Notes: a model not told the origin generated them from the letters alone. A stretch of DNA of 64,000 nucleotides from Malacoraja senta (GCA_038087875.1 CM075980.1:47492001-47556000); one strand, 5' to 3'; shown: positions 1-14,074, counted from the first letter of the stretch. A program made the numbers and translations.

Positions 1-134
1 GCAGAATCCAAAAATCCATTCACTCCATCCTTTGCAGTTGTGCCTTCAGCTTCTGCAAGAAATTCTGGAATTCTCTCCCTAAAGCTTTCTGCCATTGGGC
101 TTGAAGCAGCTTCTTACAACTTTCAGGAGACATG

Positions 135-316
135 AGGACCTGCAGATGCTAGTTTTCCCCCCCAAAAAACCATGAAGAGCTGGAATAACTCAGCGGGTTG
201 GGCCACACCACTGGACGACATGGATAGTTAATGTTATGGTTCAGGACCCTGCTTAATAAGGGTCCCAACCTGAAACATTGCCGATCCACATCTTTCAGAG
301 ATGTGGCCTGAACCGT
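135..316. mobile_element. Degenerate fold-back element derived from a Penelope-like terminal repeat
   Basis: ctgcagatgct...ctggaataactcagcggg...gaccct/agggtc...gaaacattgcc...agagatg; a decayed version of the element at 25622-25849. Confidence 0.6.
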
Positions 317-324
317 TCATACGT

Positions 325-570
325 TAATAAGTTATAGGAGAGGAATTAGGCCATTCAGCCCATCATGGCTACTCTGCCATTCAATCACGGCTGATCTATC
401 TACCTTCTCCCCATAACCCCTGACACCCATACTAATCAAGAATCATTATGACAAATAAAGGAATCTCTAATCTGTCAATCTCCGCCTTAAAAATATCCAT
501 TGACTTGGCCTCCGCAGCCTCCTGTGGCAATGAATTCCAAAGATTTACCACCTTCTGACTAAAGAGGTTA
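325..570 (-). mobile_element. CR1-type LINE 3' end
   Basis: Minus-strand translation LFSQKVVNLWNSLPQEAAEAKSMDIFKAEIDR is the typical CR1 ORF2 C-terminus, followed by the gatcagcc...gaatggcctaattc tail. Confidence 0.85.
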
Positions 571-617
571 TTCCAGCGTTTCATGTGTTTTGTTTTATTC
601 TTAAATGTTTCTGTCAT

Positions 618-841
618 CTATTCTGGCATCTCCTCACATTGCTTGCTATCAAATTTTGTTTGATTACTCATCTGTGACGTGCCCTGGGAAGTTTTGCTCT
701 GTGACAGATGCTTTTCAAGTTCAAGTTGTTGCTGTTGTAGGTGCAACCTGATTTTACCATTGCAAAAGAAACAGGCATCTGGAACGTGGTTGAAAGACAG
801 AATCAGTGGTATATCTTTTTTTTTAAATGATATTGAAGGAC
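618..841 (-). other. Candidate spliced exon, possibly a terminal coding exon; product unknown
   Basis: Polypyrimidine-AG acceptors at 842-843 (ttttttgtccag) and 779-780 (ctttcaaccacgttccag) are both phase 1 in the same frame, which reads ...DACFFCNGKIRLHLQQQQLELEKHLSQ...EMPE* (stop 618-620). No homologue recognised. Confidence 0.2.
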
Positions 842-3800
842 CTGGACAAAAAACTCAGGATCACAAAAAGAGTGGGGAAAAAAGGTCCAATCAGGCGCAA
901 AAGAACAAACAGACAGAGCAAGAAAGATCAGATTAAGCAAAGAAGTGTAAAATAAGAAAAATAAATAAACTTTACAAATCCGCAAGAATTTACACCAGTC
1001 AAAATTAGATGACATGGTTTCTGATATTCACTTTCTGGGCTAGGCTGTATCGGAGGAATATGAATCTATCATCAAAGTGGTTATTATGTTGTTAAGTCAC
1101 AGCCCCAACTGCCTGCAGAGAGCTTAATTGGCAAGTAAAGCACCAATTCAGGAACTTGATAGAGGGCAGGCTGCCATTTTCACAAAGTTAACAACAAATG
1201 TGTAAATCAACCCACAAGATGTGCAAATTTGGAATCCACAAATATCTCTTCCTTGTCACACGTTGAAGCATGACCAAATAAAAATTTGCACAATAAACTC
1301 AATGTTATTTTGGCAGCTATATTTGGGATTAAGTTAGTTGCTCACATTGGTTACATTGAGTAACTCAGCTCATCTGACCACACTCACACTATACCTCTCT
1401 TTTGGCATCCCAACCCTGATCTCTGTTTATCGTTACACATCGTCAAGACTTATTTTGTTTAAGTTTCAATTGTTTTTTAAAAAATAAGAAAAATCTGCTC
1501 ACATAAGGTTCAAAATGTTAAGTGCAGGTATGTTTGCCTGCAGATCTGTCAGTGATGCCTGTCACGTGGAATGCCTAAATGCACATTGTACGCCTGGTTG
1601 CACTTTCCAATCAAGCACTTGATGTAATGGGCATTTCTAGCAGTCTGATATTTGAAATCAGAATTAAAATACATTAGTTCTCTTTGTAATGTTGCCGTTA
1701 GGTGCTATAAAGCATTGCGTTATAAATAGATTTGTTATAATCTGTGTTCTGTACTAATGGAGAAGCTACAAACAGTTTTCATTTAATTGCAGACCGTCAA
1801 AGGGCTTGCAAAAAGGCCACGGCTGCATGCAAAACCACTCGATTTTCCAAATTTAGACCTGTTCAAATGGATTTAGAGTCTGCATTCTTGCTAAATCATT
1901 CAGATTATTTCATAAATGATACATGTTGGAAAATACACCTGGTTATCCTTTGTGTAAGTGTTCCCATAATGGATCATAAAGAAAAGTTGGTTAAGTACCA
2001 TAATATGGCATCTACAAAAGCACGTCTCTCGGTTGTTTGCATCAACACTGCAGGAACTGTGTCCAGAGCAAAATATATATCGACGTCATAAAACATATAC
2101 TTTTTAATCCATAGAACACATACATGAATGCTGAAATAAGCATATCATTTGAATAACATTTTTAGGCAGATCCACATTTCAATAAAATGTTATTACGCTA
2201 TATTTTCACCCCCAGCGTCCTTTCGAGAGTCATAACATGCAGCCTGATTGCATCATCATGCAGTAGATTGTAAGATCTGAACCAACCATGACAAAATCTT
2301 TTCACAGAAATTGGCTCAATTTCATTGGGATACAGAAATAGGAACCGGCTCAGAAATAGCTCCTTTAACCCGGCGAGATTAAATTCCAGATCATAATAAA
2401 ATAGCTTTCCAGTGCTTTACCATGTATCACTGCTCCTGATCAGATTAACAGAGGACTGTATCATTGATGTTCTTTATCAACTCAAACTATAACATTCAGG
2501 AAAGAACAAATTAGCTGACAATGAGAAAGAACATCAAAATAATTTTGGAAGTTCGAAAATTGAGTCTTTTAAACATCTTAATTTATGGAAAAATATATAT
2601 TCAAGTGATATGCCATGTCTGCCTTCTCTTCCTTTCAAATATCACTTGAACTTTGGTCAGGATTAGCATATTTCTGGGCACCATCGATTAGAGGCTCAAA
2701 GGCTATTTAGATTTATTATCATCCACTTGATTTCACATATCCAAAACTGCATTCAAACGAACAAACTAGAAAATTACTCGTCTTAATATCCTTCATCCAC
2801 AGAATGGTAATAACCTTTGCCTTCTTTCAAATAAGACACTGTATTTGGAGTTCTTTCCTGGCCACAGTGATTACCATCACAGTTTTCTGATGGTACATTT
2901 AGCATCAAAACGGTACAAATATTTGAAATTCTGATTCTTTTCAAACCAACTTCTGCCTAGCTGCATTTTTAAGAAGCACACTGAATTTTCCAATGCTAAG
3001 GCATTCAATTGTGGGAGGTTGGCAATGCCTCTCCAAGAGCATTTTTTCATTGGGCAAATGCATTTTCTTTCGAAATAACTTTCATAAGAAGGTGGAAGGT
3101 GATGATATTGATCAGCTGTGGGCCACACAGCATTAGGATATGGTTAAGGGTCTGAGTCTCTATTGCCAAGCTTGCAATCTCAGCTGAGCCATGAGGATCA
3201 TCAAGCACTGATGAGGCTTTTCAGGCATGCATGATAAAAAAGGAAAGAAATGAAATGCAGATCTGAAATGAAATACAGAACTCAAGATCTGACATGTTAG
3301 AAATCACAATGCGCCACAATGTCTGACCTACATCAAATATCTATCGCAGATCTGACAGGATTTGAGGCCAAGAGGAATATTCGAATGACATGGAGATTAA
3401 TTCTTGATCATTCCCTTTTGATCATGGTCATATTCACAGTGTGAAGTTCTTAGGCATGACATGTTCATTGATCAATAAATGGACCTTTAGAAAATAAACA
3501 TAAACATTAATGTTTACCCAGGGAATGTTTTTAGAACACCCAGTCTTTGGTGTTGCATACAATCCTCCATTGTATTTGATGGTGTACAGGAATAATTACA
3601 TCGGATATTTGGTGCTCAATGAGTTAATACTGGCCTCAGTAAATTTGGTTTAAAATGGAACACCATTTGGAAGATGCTGTGAAACCTTTTCCCACAGGAG
3701 GTTGGGGGGAAATGGAAAGTGAGACAAGCCATGCCACTCTTGTGCATCTCCTAGTGGCCTATTCATGAATGGCACTGACAGAGGTGTAGAGCCAGGTTAC

Positions 3801-4839
3801 CTGCTCTTCCTCTGACAGACGATGGTATATACTATTGGCAAAAGTCTGTGCCTATTGAAGAAAAATTTAGGGAACAAGTATATAGAATGGTTTTCGAAAC
3901 ACAAAATTCCACGGTAAAATTTTAAAACATAATTATGGTCTTATCAAAATGTTAATCAAAATACTAAAATAATAATACAATTTTATCAATTGATGATAAT
4001 ACCCGACAGAAAAATAAATTGTCGAAATAGCAGGTGCCTGTCACAGTAAACTCAGCCGCAAGAAAAGAAGATTCCTCTTATCGAGCCATTATGGATCTGT
4101 TTATGCTCGATGCACTACCGTAAAGTATGGCATTTAATAATCAACATTAAAGTTGACAAGGTTAGTTACATGGAATGCTGCCCAGAATCTCTCATGGTCG
4201 GTATACACCAAATAAATGCATGCTGCATAAGAGGGCTCAGCAGAGGAAAATATCACATGAAACAAGGAAAAGCACTCAAACTTTCCCACAATGGAATTAA
4301 AACAATTGTTTTTCCACCTGAGTAAAAGTACACAGGACACATTTCATTAATAAAAGATTAGCCTGTTTGACTGTTAGAAATAGTAGAGGACAGTTTTTTT
4401 TTAAATCACTTAAGTTTTCATTTAAAGCAAAATAAAATTTGATACATGGTGCAAATAAAATCAGATGCACGATACAGTTCTGGACTAGCTGCCTCTATAC
4501 CATCATGCAGAAATATGCTACTGCTTATACTGCAGGGCAAGCGTACAGTTCATCCCTGCAGGTGGCAATTCATATACTGCAGTTACAAACATGAGAGGAT
4601 GCCAAAAAAAACAACATTTGAATGTTAAGAGGCAAGAGGCATAAGCCATGGAATAATACTTAAAGATAGATTAAAAGCAGGTATAGGAAAAAGGAATGCA
4701 AAGTCTTGCCTCACAGTGTTTGTTTTCAGTCTCTCTCCCCTCCCCCACCCCCATAATGTGACAGTAACGTATATAGGAACAAATGCCTACTGATAATAGA
4801 AACATCAATAAAACATGCTTCATTCACTTTGGTGCTTAC

Positions 4840-5125
4840 CTTTTGGATAAAAGCAATACATTAGACATATCTGTCTGATAACTCCATGTTTCCAGAAGAC
4901 ATTAGAGCATCTAATAATCTAGAGCACTGCGAAGCCACTGGTTAGACTTGTGCAGAACCACTTAGCTGCCACTGAAGCAGGAGTCCAAGGACAGACGATG
5001 AACTGAACTACTGCAGACTACAAATTGACAGCTTTCCTGCCACCCTCCCTGAATGCCTGGAGAATTCACACTGCCCATAGAATTCACGCACTGAAGATGC
5101 TAAACCAGGAATCAAATCATTCCAT
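4840..5125 (-). other. Candidate 286-bp exon (UTR or lncRNA)
   Basis: Acceptor tatattttttag at 5126-5137 and strong donor AAG|GTAAGC at 4834-4842 on the minus strand; the interior is unique sequence with stops in all frames. Confidence 0.25.
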
Positions 5126-6614
5126 CTAAAAAATATAAATAGATAGATCACTTCCAGTTTTTCTGCCTATAAACAGACAGGGTCACTTGTAACACATTGC
5201 ATTCTGAAGTGAACACTGGATATTTCAGGCTGAATAACTAAATCTAGGAAATATAAGGAATCTACAATTATAACGGTTCTTTTTTTTGCGTTCGCTTTCA
5301 GAGGTTATTTAAAAGGCAATTGCTTTTTGAATGGGTTAAACATAATTAAAAGATGGCAAAATCATTAATGATAATATTGCACCAGAAACACACTGAAATT
5401 AAAAGAAAATCTTTCACTGTTCCCAGCCAATACGCAGCATGCAAGTAACAGCTCATAAAATATGATGTGCTTTTCGATACCCCCAAATTAATATTTCTGT
5501 AATTAAATTACCTTCTAGCAACACATACAGTCAGAAACATAATGCATCACTCTCTCCCAGCAATAGTGTCCACACCATTTTCTCCACAGGCTCTGAGAAA
5601 ATCAAAAATCCTAACGTCAAACATTATATGCCAGTTAAAAAGCCTCAGATTTTTATTCATCCGCTCTGCTTACTTACTTGGCTATGTTATAATCACAAAT
5701 CCAAAATGATTTCAATTATACAGCAGACTAATCACAGTTCAGCATCTGTATGGGGTTGATAAGTAGGACTACATTACAGGAGTCCTACTGCAGACTGCAC
5801 CATCTCAACAGAGGAGCAGGGGAACCTGAATTTCTCGGATAATATGTTATTAATAAACCACGAGTGAAGAAACCACTTAAGCTCTTAATGCTGCAGCCTT
5901 CTGAACAAGACTAAATCAGGAGGCATAGGATGCTGCACCAGGCAAGGATGCTCAGGAAAGGTTTTCATTTTAAACAGCACAGCATCATTTAGCAAATTTC
6001 AGTTTATCCCTGTAGGGCAATGACAAATATGGAAGATGGCATACTACCAGGAACATGCCACTTAATCAGAATAGGGAGAAACCTTCAAGGACAGACCGTC
6101 AACCTTCATCAGCAACACCGCACAAATTACACACCTCTGCACTCACCTACTTTCTTCCTAAATTGAGCATCTGTCGAATTTATGGTAAACTGTGCATTAA
6201 AATAACTATTTCCAAACCTTGCATCTATTTTTTCTCACTTAAACCATGATCCAGTTAGCTACTTTGTTAATTTCAAATTGAGCATTTTTTAAATTGCAAA
6301 ATTCAGATAAAAGCAGATATAAAATAATACAATGTTAATCCAGGCTTAATGCCATTTAATCACAATGCTTTAACTGCCTGCACTACAATAATGACACTGC
6401 CACAAGAATTTGCACATTAAAGGCACTAAATTACAATCTAATTAGGTAAATAAATAGGCTCCAGTTTTCCACAGGGCTTTCAGATGTCTCCCAGCAGAAA
6501 GTCACAGGAGAACTCATGAACATCAGGAAAACTGCCATTAATGCCAGGTTTCCACCCTTCTGGGAGTCTTTTCAATGTCTTGCAAAGACTAATATATCTA
6601 TTTGTACCATCTTC

Positions 6615-6910
6615 CTCTTTGGCAGTCCCAAAGGGTTGAGATGAATTAATTCCGCTTTGGTTTGGTACTTTCGTAGATGACAAATGAAAAAAACATGGAA
6701 CTGCAGATGGGCCAGTAGGTGCAGGTGGGCTGTTAGTTTGCGTGGTAGTGCGTCCTGTGGCCTCTGATGCAGAAGCTCTGTAGGCTCCTGATACAGGACC
6801 TTGAGGTCTCAATTCCTTCCTACATGCTTGTTCTCCGCTTGGAATCAGAAGTTCCCAGAAGTTAGCAGAGGTGTTGCACTTCCTCAACGAAGCTTGTACA
6901 CGTTGTTTCA
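6615..6910 (-). mobile_element. RTE-clade LINE 3' fragment (old)
   Basis: Translation KQRVQASLRKCNTSANFWELL resembles the RTE C-terminal KRFKDxLKASLKKCxI...WE motif. Confidence 0.55.
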
Positions 6911-7599
6911 TTGCTTTTTTCAGGCCACCTGGTAACCACCTTGAATGACAGAGTGTTGTTTCAGGAGGCTGGTGTCAGCATGCAAATGGCACAACATGTC
7001 CAAGGTAGCCAACTGTGGATTACTAAGGTTTCAGGGCTGGGAATGTTGGCCTGGGAGTGGGCAATGGCTTTGCTTCACTCAACCTTGCAGTGAATTGGAA
7101 GATTTTACCAAGACAGCATGCCGCAATTTTTCGGGAGCTTCTGGTGCCTATGTTATATAGCCCAAGTCTCAGTAGCATTCAGGAGGGCAGGCTTGATTGC
7201 TGCCTAATAGATCATAAGTTTTATGCCAATTCCGAAGGTCTTGACCTTCGAACCTTTGATCTTCAATCAAAAAACGCTTAGAAGGTGGTGGTGACCTTTG
7301 TCAAGAGACGGATCCTGAGATATGCAGTTATCCACATTTCCCAGAGACCAGTTGCGAGCATTTGTTGTTGGTGCATCATGAGTAGATTGGTAGCAGAACT
7401 TGGGAAATTCAGCCAGTTTTCATAGAACGTTGCAATCACCAACAGTAAAGAGAAAAACAAGGCTATTAAATAAAACAAATGCTCAGAACCAGATTGTTTC
7501 CATCTCAAGTATTAAGAGAAGTGAATTAAAGTAATGTCAGAGTGGGAACTATAATTCTTCAAAGTTTTCTGGATTTGACAAATATTGCATTAAATTGAA

Positions 7600-9450
7600 T
7601 TGTTATTTGTTGCTTTGCTATTTATCCAAGCAAACATAGACCAATGCGACCATCATTTATTGTCGGAAAATGACTGGAAGCTATGGTTAAGATCTAGCTC
7701 TGGTTAAGATGAACATCTAGAACATATTCAGAGAGAACCTGCATTGCTTTGAATAGGATGGCTCATAGGTGACAAAGTTGATTCAATTTTTGGAGAGGTT
7801 GGGAAAGTAACGGACTTGGAAATGTCCACGAATGTTATTTACATTGACTTTTAGAAGACATTTGAGATCTGTTAGCTGGTTGAAGATCTAGGATCTGAAA
7901 GCAAATGGTTTACTTGATTAGGATGAAGGCTGAGTGCCAGGAGACTGGGAATAGCGTATAATGGACTCAAATTGGCAGGACATTGCTGGTAGTGTCTAGA
8001 ATGGATTTATTTTGGCATGAGAATGCTAACCATATTCATAAATTACTTTGATGATGGTTTAGAAACCCCAAAATCCAATTTTCCTGATAACACAGAGAGA
8101 GATGGCAAAGAAAGCATGCAGATGGAAGCATTAGAAAATAAAGTAACTTTGATACAATAAGCAAACGGAAAAACAGATTTTCACCATGGAAAATATATTA
8201 TCGTCTGCTTCAGATCACAAATAAACCATGGAATATTTTCCAAATGATGAAAAGCTAGAAACAATGGAAATACAAAGTGATTGGGAGCCCAACATATAAT
8301 GATGATAGAGCATGAAAAAAGTGCAGAAAATAATCAGAGGATAATGAAATGCTAGCCTCTGTGTCTGGAATAGAAGGGGAGACACTGCACAAAGCCTTAG
8401 TTAAATCACACATGAAGAACTGTAAGCAGTTCTGACATGGGAATTAGTATTGAGTATAGAAGTTGGGAGGCCACGTGTCACATATAAAAGACATTGATGA
8501 GGCCACATTTAGAATACTGTTTAAGAAAGAACTGCAGATGCTGGAAAAATCGAATATAGACAAAAATGCTGTAGGAATTCAGCACATGAGGCAGCATCAA
8601 TGGAGAGAAGGAATAGGCAACATTTCGGGTGGAGACCCTTCTTCAGACTGATGTCAGGGGGAGACGGGAAAAAGAAAGGAAGAGGCTGAGACAGTAGACT
8701 TGTGGGAGAGCTGGGAATGGGGAGGGGGGAAGGAGGGAGAAAGCAAGTACTATCTGAAATTTGAGAAGTCAATGGTCATGCCGCTGGGGTGTAAACTACT
8801 CATGCGAAATATGAGGTGCTGTTCCTCCAATTTGCGCTGGGCCTCAATCTGGCAATGGAGGAGGCCCAGGACAGAAAGGTCGGATTCGGAATGGGAGGGG
8901 GAGTTGAAGTGCTGAGCTGAAGTGCTGAAGTACTGTGTTCAGTTTTGGGAACCATGATAAAGGAGAGATGTTGTCAAGTTGGAAAGGATGCAGAGAAGAT
9001 TTACGAGGATGTTGCCAGGTCTTGAGCATCTGAGCTTTCCGGATAGGTTGAGTAGGCTAGGAGCGCAAGAGGATGAGTATAGGTGTATTCAAAATCATGA
9101 GAGGAATGGATTGGGTAAATACACAGAGTCTCTTGCCCAGAGTATGGGAATTGTGAACCAGAGGACATAGGTTTAAGGTGAAGGGAGGGGAAGATTTATT
9201 AGGAACCTGAGGAGTAACATTTTTATACAGAAAAGGTGGGAGGTGTATGGAACAAGGCATCAGAGGAGGTAGTTGAGGCAGGTACTATCACAACGTTTAA
9301 GAAACATTTTGACCTGTACATGGATACGATAGGTTTAGAGGGATATGGGCCAAATGCAGGCAGATGGGACTAGTGAAGATGGGGTATGTTGGTTGGTGTG
9401 GGCAAGTTGGGCCAAAGGGCCTGCTTCTACAATGTATAACTCTACGACTG
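7600..9450 (+). mobile_element. CR1 LINE RT/3' fragments, interrupted by a Penelope insertion at 8521-8917
   Basis: Decayed RT sequence at 7600-8450; gaggccacattt..tactgt resumes as tactgtgttcagttttgg after the insert; LERMQRRFTRMLPGLEHLS motif; CR1 tail ends near 9447. Confidence 0.8.
8521..8917 (-). mobile_element. Penelope-like element 3' fragment (GIY-YIG C-terminus plus terminal repeat)
   Basis: Minus strand reads FNSPSHSESDLSVLGLLHCQIEAQRKLEEQHLIFRMSSLHPSGMTIDFSNFR, followed by the gaactgcagatgctgg terminal repeat. Confidence 0.85.
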
Positions 9451-10789
9451 TGAGAAAAGATGGATAATACAGCTTTAAATTGTAGATTTATTTGAATGAT
9501 ACTTGGATGCTCATGGTTAAATTGCACACTGGGGTTTTATTCCCAAAATACAGATAACAAATAGTTAATCAAATCAAATTTCCAGATGTCATGGAAAAAT
9601 TATAGAGCAATTAGGCATAAGCAATCAATGCCAGTTGGAGAATCTAAAACTGGGGGCAGAGACTATAACTTGGCATTAGGAGATACTTCTAGATGTTTGT
9701 TCACTCCAACTTTAAATACAGAAGTTTAGAATACTCCTCAGCTTATAGGTCAATGCATCCAAAAACAGAATACTACAGATGTTGGAAATTGGAATAACAC
9801 AGAATATTCCAGAAATACTCAGCATTTCAGGTTGAGCATCTATAGAGAAAGGGATTGAACCGCAGGTCCATGAGTGGCCAAGGGCAATCACTCCTATCCA
9901 ACAGGGGGCAACATGGTTTGCTATGGTATTCACAAGGACATTATTATTGGGGCATTAGTTGCAGGTTATTGTACGTGTCATTTTAGAGTATTATCAATGA
10001 TACCTGGGACTCTGCTGATGTCTCACATCAGATAGATTGGGTAGTCGTCCAATTGATTACATTTCTTTATTTTTGTTCCGACATATCTTGGCAATTTTTC
10101 ATTTTGTCTTGTAGATGCCAGTGCTGACTAGAGGTGCAGCAAGTTCTGGAATGCAAGTCTTTAGTTCTACAATCAAGATGCCAAGACATTGCCTTGCCCA
10201 CCGTCTTTATAGTCTCCAGAGCTCCAGACTGTTTATGATTCAAATTGATTGAAGCCTGATTTCTGTGGAAACAGATGCTTGATGCATAATGTTGTTAAAT
10301 AAGATGTGGATCCAGTAATGCACGATGACAAAAGGTTTTCAAGTCAGGATCCTGCGCAACTTGGAGGAAACCAACACGTGGAGATGTTCCATTTGTCCAT
10401 TGCCCTTGCCCTTCTTGGCGGTAGAGGTCATGGTGTCAGACTAGCCCAAGCATGGAACTGTCATGCACTTTGATAACTTCCAGAGGAATATTTTTAAGAT
10501 GCTTCAGTCTTTTATGGCCCTCCCATCATTGAGATGTATGCTAGTAACTGAACAGTGCATTGCTTTAAATTGCTAACAAAAAATAGACTGATATAATCTC
10601 AGTCTGTATCACTTGCTCTTTGGAATACCAATGCACCTCATGATGCGATATCTTAATGGCTTTGGCACAATGTAGGCGAAGGCAGTGTAAGCAAAGAGAT
10701 ACCTTCAATGCAAGAAAAACAATCCATAGATGCAAATTCAAAGCACAGCAGTGGGTTAATAATGTGGAATTAAAAATGCTAGGCACAAG

Positions 10790-10990
10790 ACATACAAACT
10801 CAAGACATCACAAAGCACATTACAGCCAGTGAAATACTTTTTAATGTTGAGTTCACAATTGCAACTGCTGTAATGTAGAAATGTACAGTCAAACTCCACA
10901 TATCCGAGTCCCACGATCACCATTGTGATAACAACCAGATAATCTGTTATTTTAAGTGATATTGATTAAGGGATAGATATTAACCTTGAT
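10790..10990 (-). mobile_element. DeuSINE/L2-tail-like repeat
   Basis: Reverse complement contains gattatctggttgttatcacaatggtgatcgtgggac...tacattacagcag...tttcactggctgtaatgtgctttgtgatgtcttgag, resembling the SacSINE/L2 tail. Confidence 0.55.
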
Positions 10991-11449
10991 CATAACCCCT
11001 TTTTCTTACACTGCATTGCCTTGTAGCAGAGATTCTATATATTGTAATTTCAGCATCATTGCAGCTGTTATAATATGATGGAGATATGCTTTCTGTGATT
11101 TCCAAAGAGAAACTTGTTCTCTCTGTACTATCAGTTGTCTTATATTTAATTTTACAAACTTTTTTTTGTGTCCTTTCTTCTGAATTGGGTAGCATCTGGG
11201 CTCTTCAAAAGGTTGGTTACGACTCCTGGTACATCTAAATCAACTGGTTGCAGTCACATGATGTTGTCCTTGTTACTGAAGGAAGGCTTTGGGAATAATG
11301 GATCTGTGGCTGAACACTCTAGTTTTCTTGGCCAACATCTCCGTTTCAATCCCACACATCAAATCAAGTAAGATTTATATTAGCCTTACTGCTTAGATTA
11401 GATTATTTTGTCACTCGAACCACAAACAAACATTTCATCTCAGGTCACT

Positions 11450-12720
11450 GACATTGGTTCATATTCTTCCACTAAATTTGAATGCCTTTTGCAGAGACAG
11501 ACATGGTGATATCTCTACCGCTTTCAGGTCACTGCTGCAGGAAGTCCATGTCTCAGAGACATATCGGAGAGCAAGAGTAACTGGAGCATATTGACCATGA
11601 TTTTTGTGCTGGGTCTAAGATGACTAAACATAGCAAATGGTTATGCTAGTACATTGAAGGAAATGGTGAATTTGGTCATCGCAATCTTCCCTGATAGAGA
11701 GGGATACGGGAGAGCTGGTCATGTTTTAAGGGTGTCATTGAGCACCTCTATTGTCCAAGGACAGTATTGCACAGCAAGGTCAGTTTGATGAAGGACTTCA
11801 GTTTTGCCATTGTTAATTGTACGGCATCTTCTCTCCTCTGCTTCAATGAATAAGTCAACAATGACTCTTTAAACGTGCACATATGCTAGCATGATCTGCA
11901 TGCTAAAGCTTCATTGTACAGGTTGGAGTAACCTTGATTCTGGAGTGGAGGTGATCCATTTTTTCCTTTTGATCCATTCCATTTTCCATTATTCCAGTGG
12001 GAAAAGTGGTGGAACGAGGTACAACAATTTGGCAATAAAGACTGAGAAATGCGTGTGCTTCGCACCACTCTGCACTGAAATTGGGCCTATTGTGGTCCTG
12101 TTGCTTAGGGATCTGGGTTGGATACCATCATGAAACGGATGCAAATGGACACAAATTTCTGCAGTCAGACAAACTTGAGAAGGATGCTTCTCAATCCCAC
12201 TCTGCCTGCAAAGAGGGATCGTGAAGTCCTGGCATGAACTTTTCCAATATGAGAGAAGTGAGATCATACATTTATCATCAAAATTCCTCTTCATCAAGTT
12301 TTGGGGCCTGCTGAAGCCTCCTGTAACAAGGTGGGGCTGCAGCCAGGTGTGTAGGGGTCAGGATGGGGGGGTGATGGTGAGATGATCTGCAGCAGGACTG
12401 GAGGGAAGAGTAGAAGGGGTGCAGCCAGGAATGCAATAGCATCCTACAATGTAATCACCTGTGGTTTCTTGCAGCTTGTGACTGGATGCTGAACTTAAGG
12501 CGTAACACTACTCAGTTAATGGTAGATTGCAGTGTTCCTCCAGCTGAGAGATATACCTGTATCATTTACAGCACCATCTTGATCCACACTTTGAAACTTA
12601 TTTCCATGAGAAAGACTGCTTTGTGATTTCCCTTCCCTGCTGCATTCAATATTTGCACACTTTCAACATCATCTTTCAGTTCAAGAATACTATTCCCCAT
12701 GGAAAATCCCCAGTGCATCC
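11450..12720 (-). mobile_element. Decayed RTE-clade LINE reverse transcriptase region
   Basis: Minus-strand HPFHDGIQPRSLSNRTTIGPISVQSGAKH resembles the RTE RT motif HDGMxAxVxxNGxxSxPFxVxxGVKQG; many frameshifts. Confidence 0.6.
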
Positions 12721-14074
12721 TCTGCACGTGATCATGGAAGTGCATGATTCACACACATTTTTACATACCCACAGGCTTGCTGGGAAGACTCCTTGTCCTT
12801 GACCCACCATTTTCTTTCTGTACCGACCAAAAAAAAATCATAGTGCGCAATTCCCCTGTGCATTTGCACTTTGACTCACAATTTGGTCTACTACATGCAG
12901 GTTTACACCTTGTTTTAATTTTGCTTGAAATATCCGTCAGTGAGTTTCAAGAACAAGTGCTGCTGTCTAGTAAAGTGAACACTGCAGCAAGCCTGCAAGC
13001 TCTCCTTGGCTCCATTTGATTTGACAAGCGGGTTCAACTCAGAATATAGTTCTTCAGCCTGCCATTGGGCAATTCAACATTCAGGGTGGATTTTCTGTCA
13101 CGCTTTGTTCTTCAGAATGAAAGAATACCACTCTGAAAGGCACAAGGCTGATTTTGATTTTCTGATTCTTTTTATTTTTTATTTTAAACATCCGATCCTC
13201 TTTGCCAAATGCGACTAATCTGAAATTGGTCCTTGGATACTGCTGGAATGCTGCAATGTTTTCTGTACCATGACAGTTGCAGAATATAGAGGCATCAAAG
13301 AGAACTGTTTTTCCTAACTCTTGCAACAAGAAGCTCCATATACATGGTGCTTTCATCATTTATATGTGAAGTACCTACTGTACATGACACATTTACATAA
13401 CTATATACACATACTAAATGTTGTAATTCATACAATGACTGGTCATAATTCTGTCAAACATTACAAAGAACATTGCTACCACTAGGGCTGAGACACAGAA
13501 GATGGCGGCATCTCAATCCTTATGGCCTGTCACACATTCCATCATGCTCGTGACACAATCACTTTTGATTTGGTGTTGACACGCATGTTTCAAAACCCAT
13601 TCTGCAAACATGTAAGGAGTAATGTATTAGAAAACAAGGACAAAAAAGGTACAGCCAAGAGAGCCACTGATGGGATGGGAAAAAGTGATGAATGTGGTTT
13701 GGAATGTGAATTTGTGGTTAACTTCAATGTTGAGATTGTAACTATGCAGATACTGTGATAACTGTCAACAGAGTGGTGATCTGGGAATCATAGTGGGATG
13801 GTGAATTGGACTACAGTCGGTGAAAGCACTGTCTGCTAATTTCTTCCCTGCCAGAGATGGGCTCCCAACAAGAATCTTTGGCCCCTTCTCCCCCCTTTAC
13901 ATCCCCCCCCCCCCCCCCCCCCACTCTTCTGGTAGTTTCATATGTTCTTGTATCCTCTTTTCATTCTCATAAATATCCTGAACTCCTTGGATGTTAGTCA
14001 ACAAATCATCTACATCCATAATGAAGTCAAAACAGTCATTCCTTCTGCAAAATCCAATCAATTTAGACTTAGAG

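Noticed and set aside
13903-13922. Poly-C runs (also 63525-63549) as G-quadruplex elements
   Set aside because: Simple homopolymers of uncertain assembled length with no supporting context.
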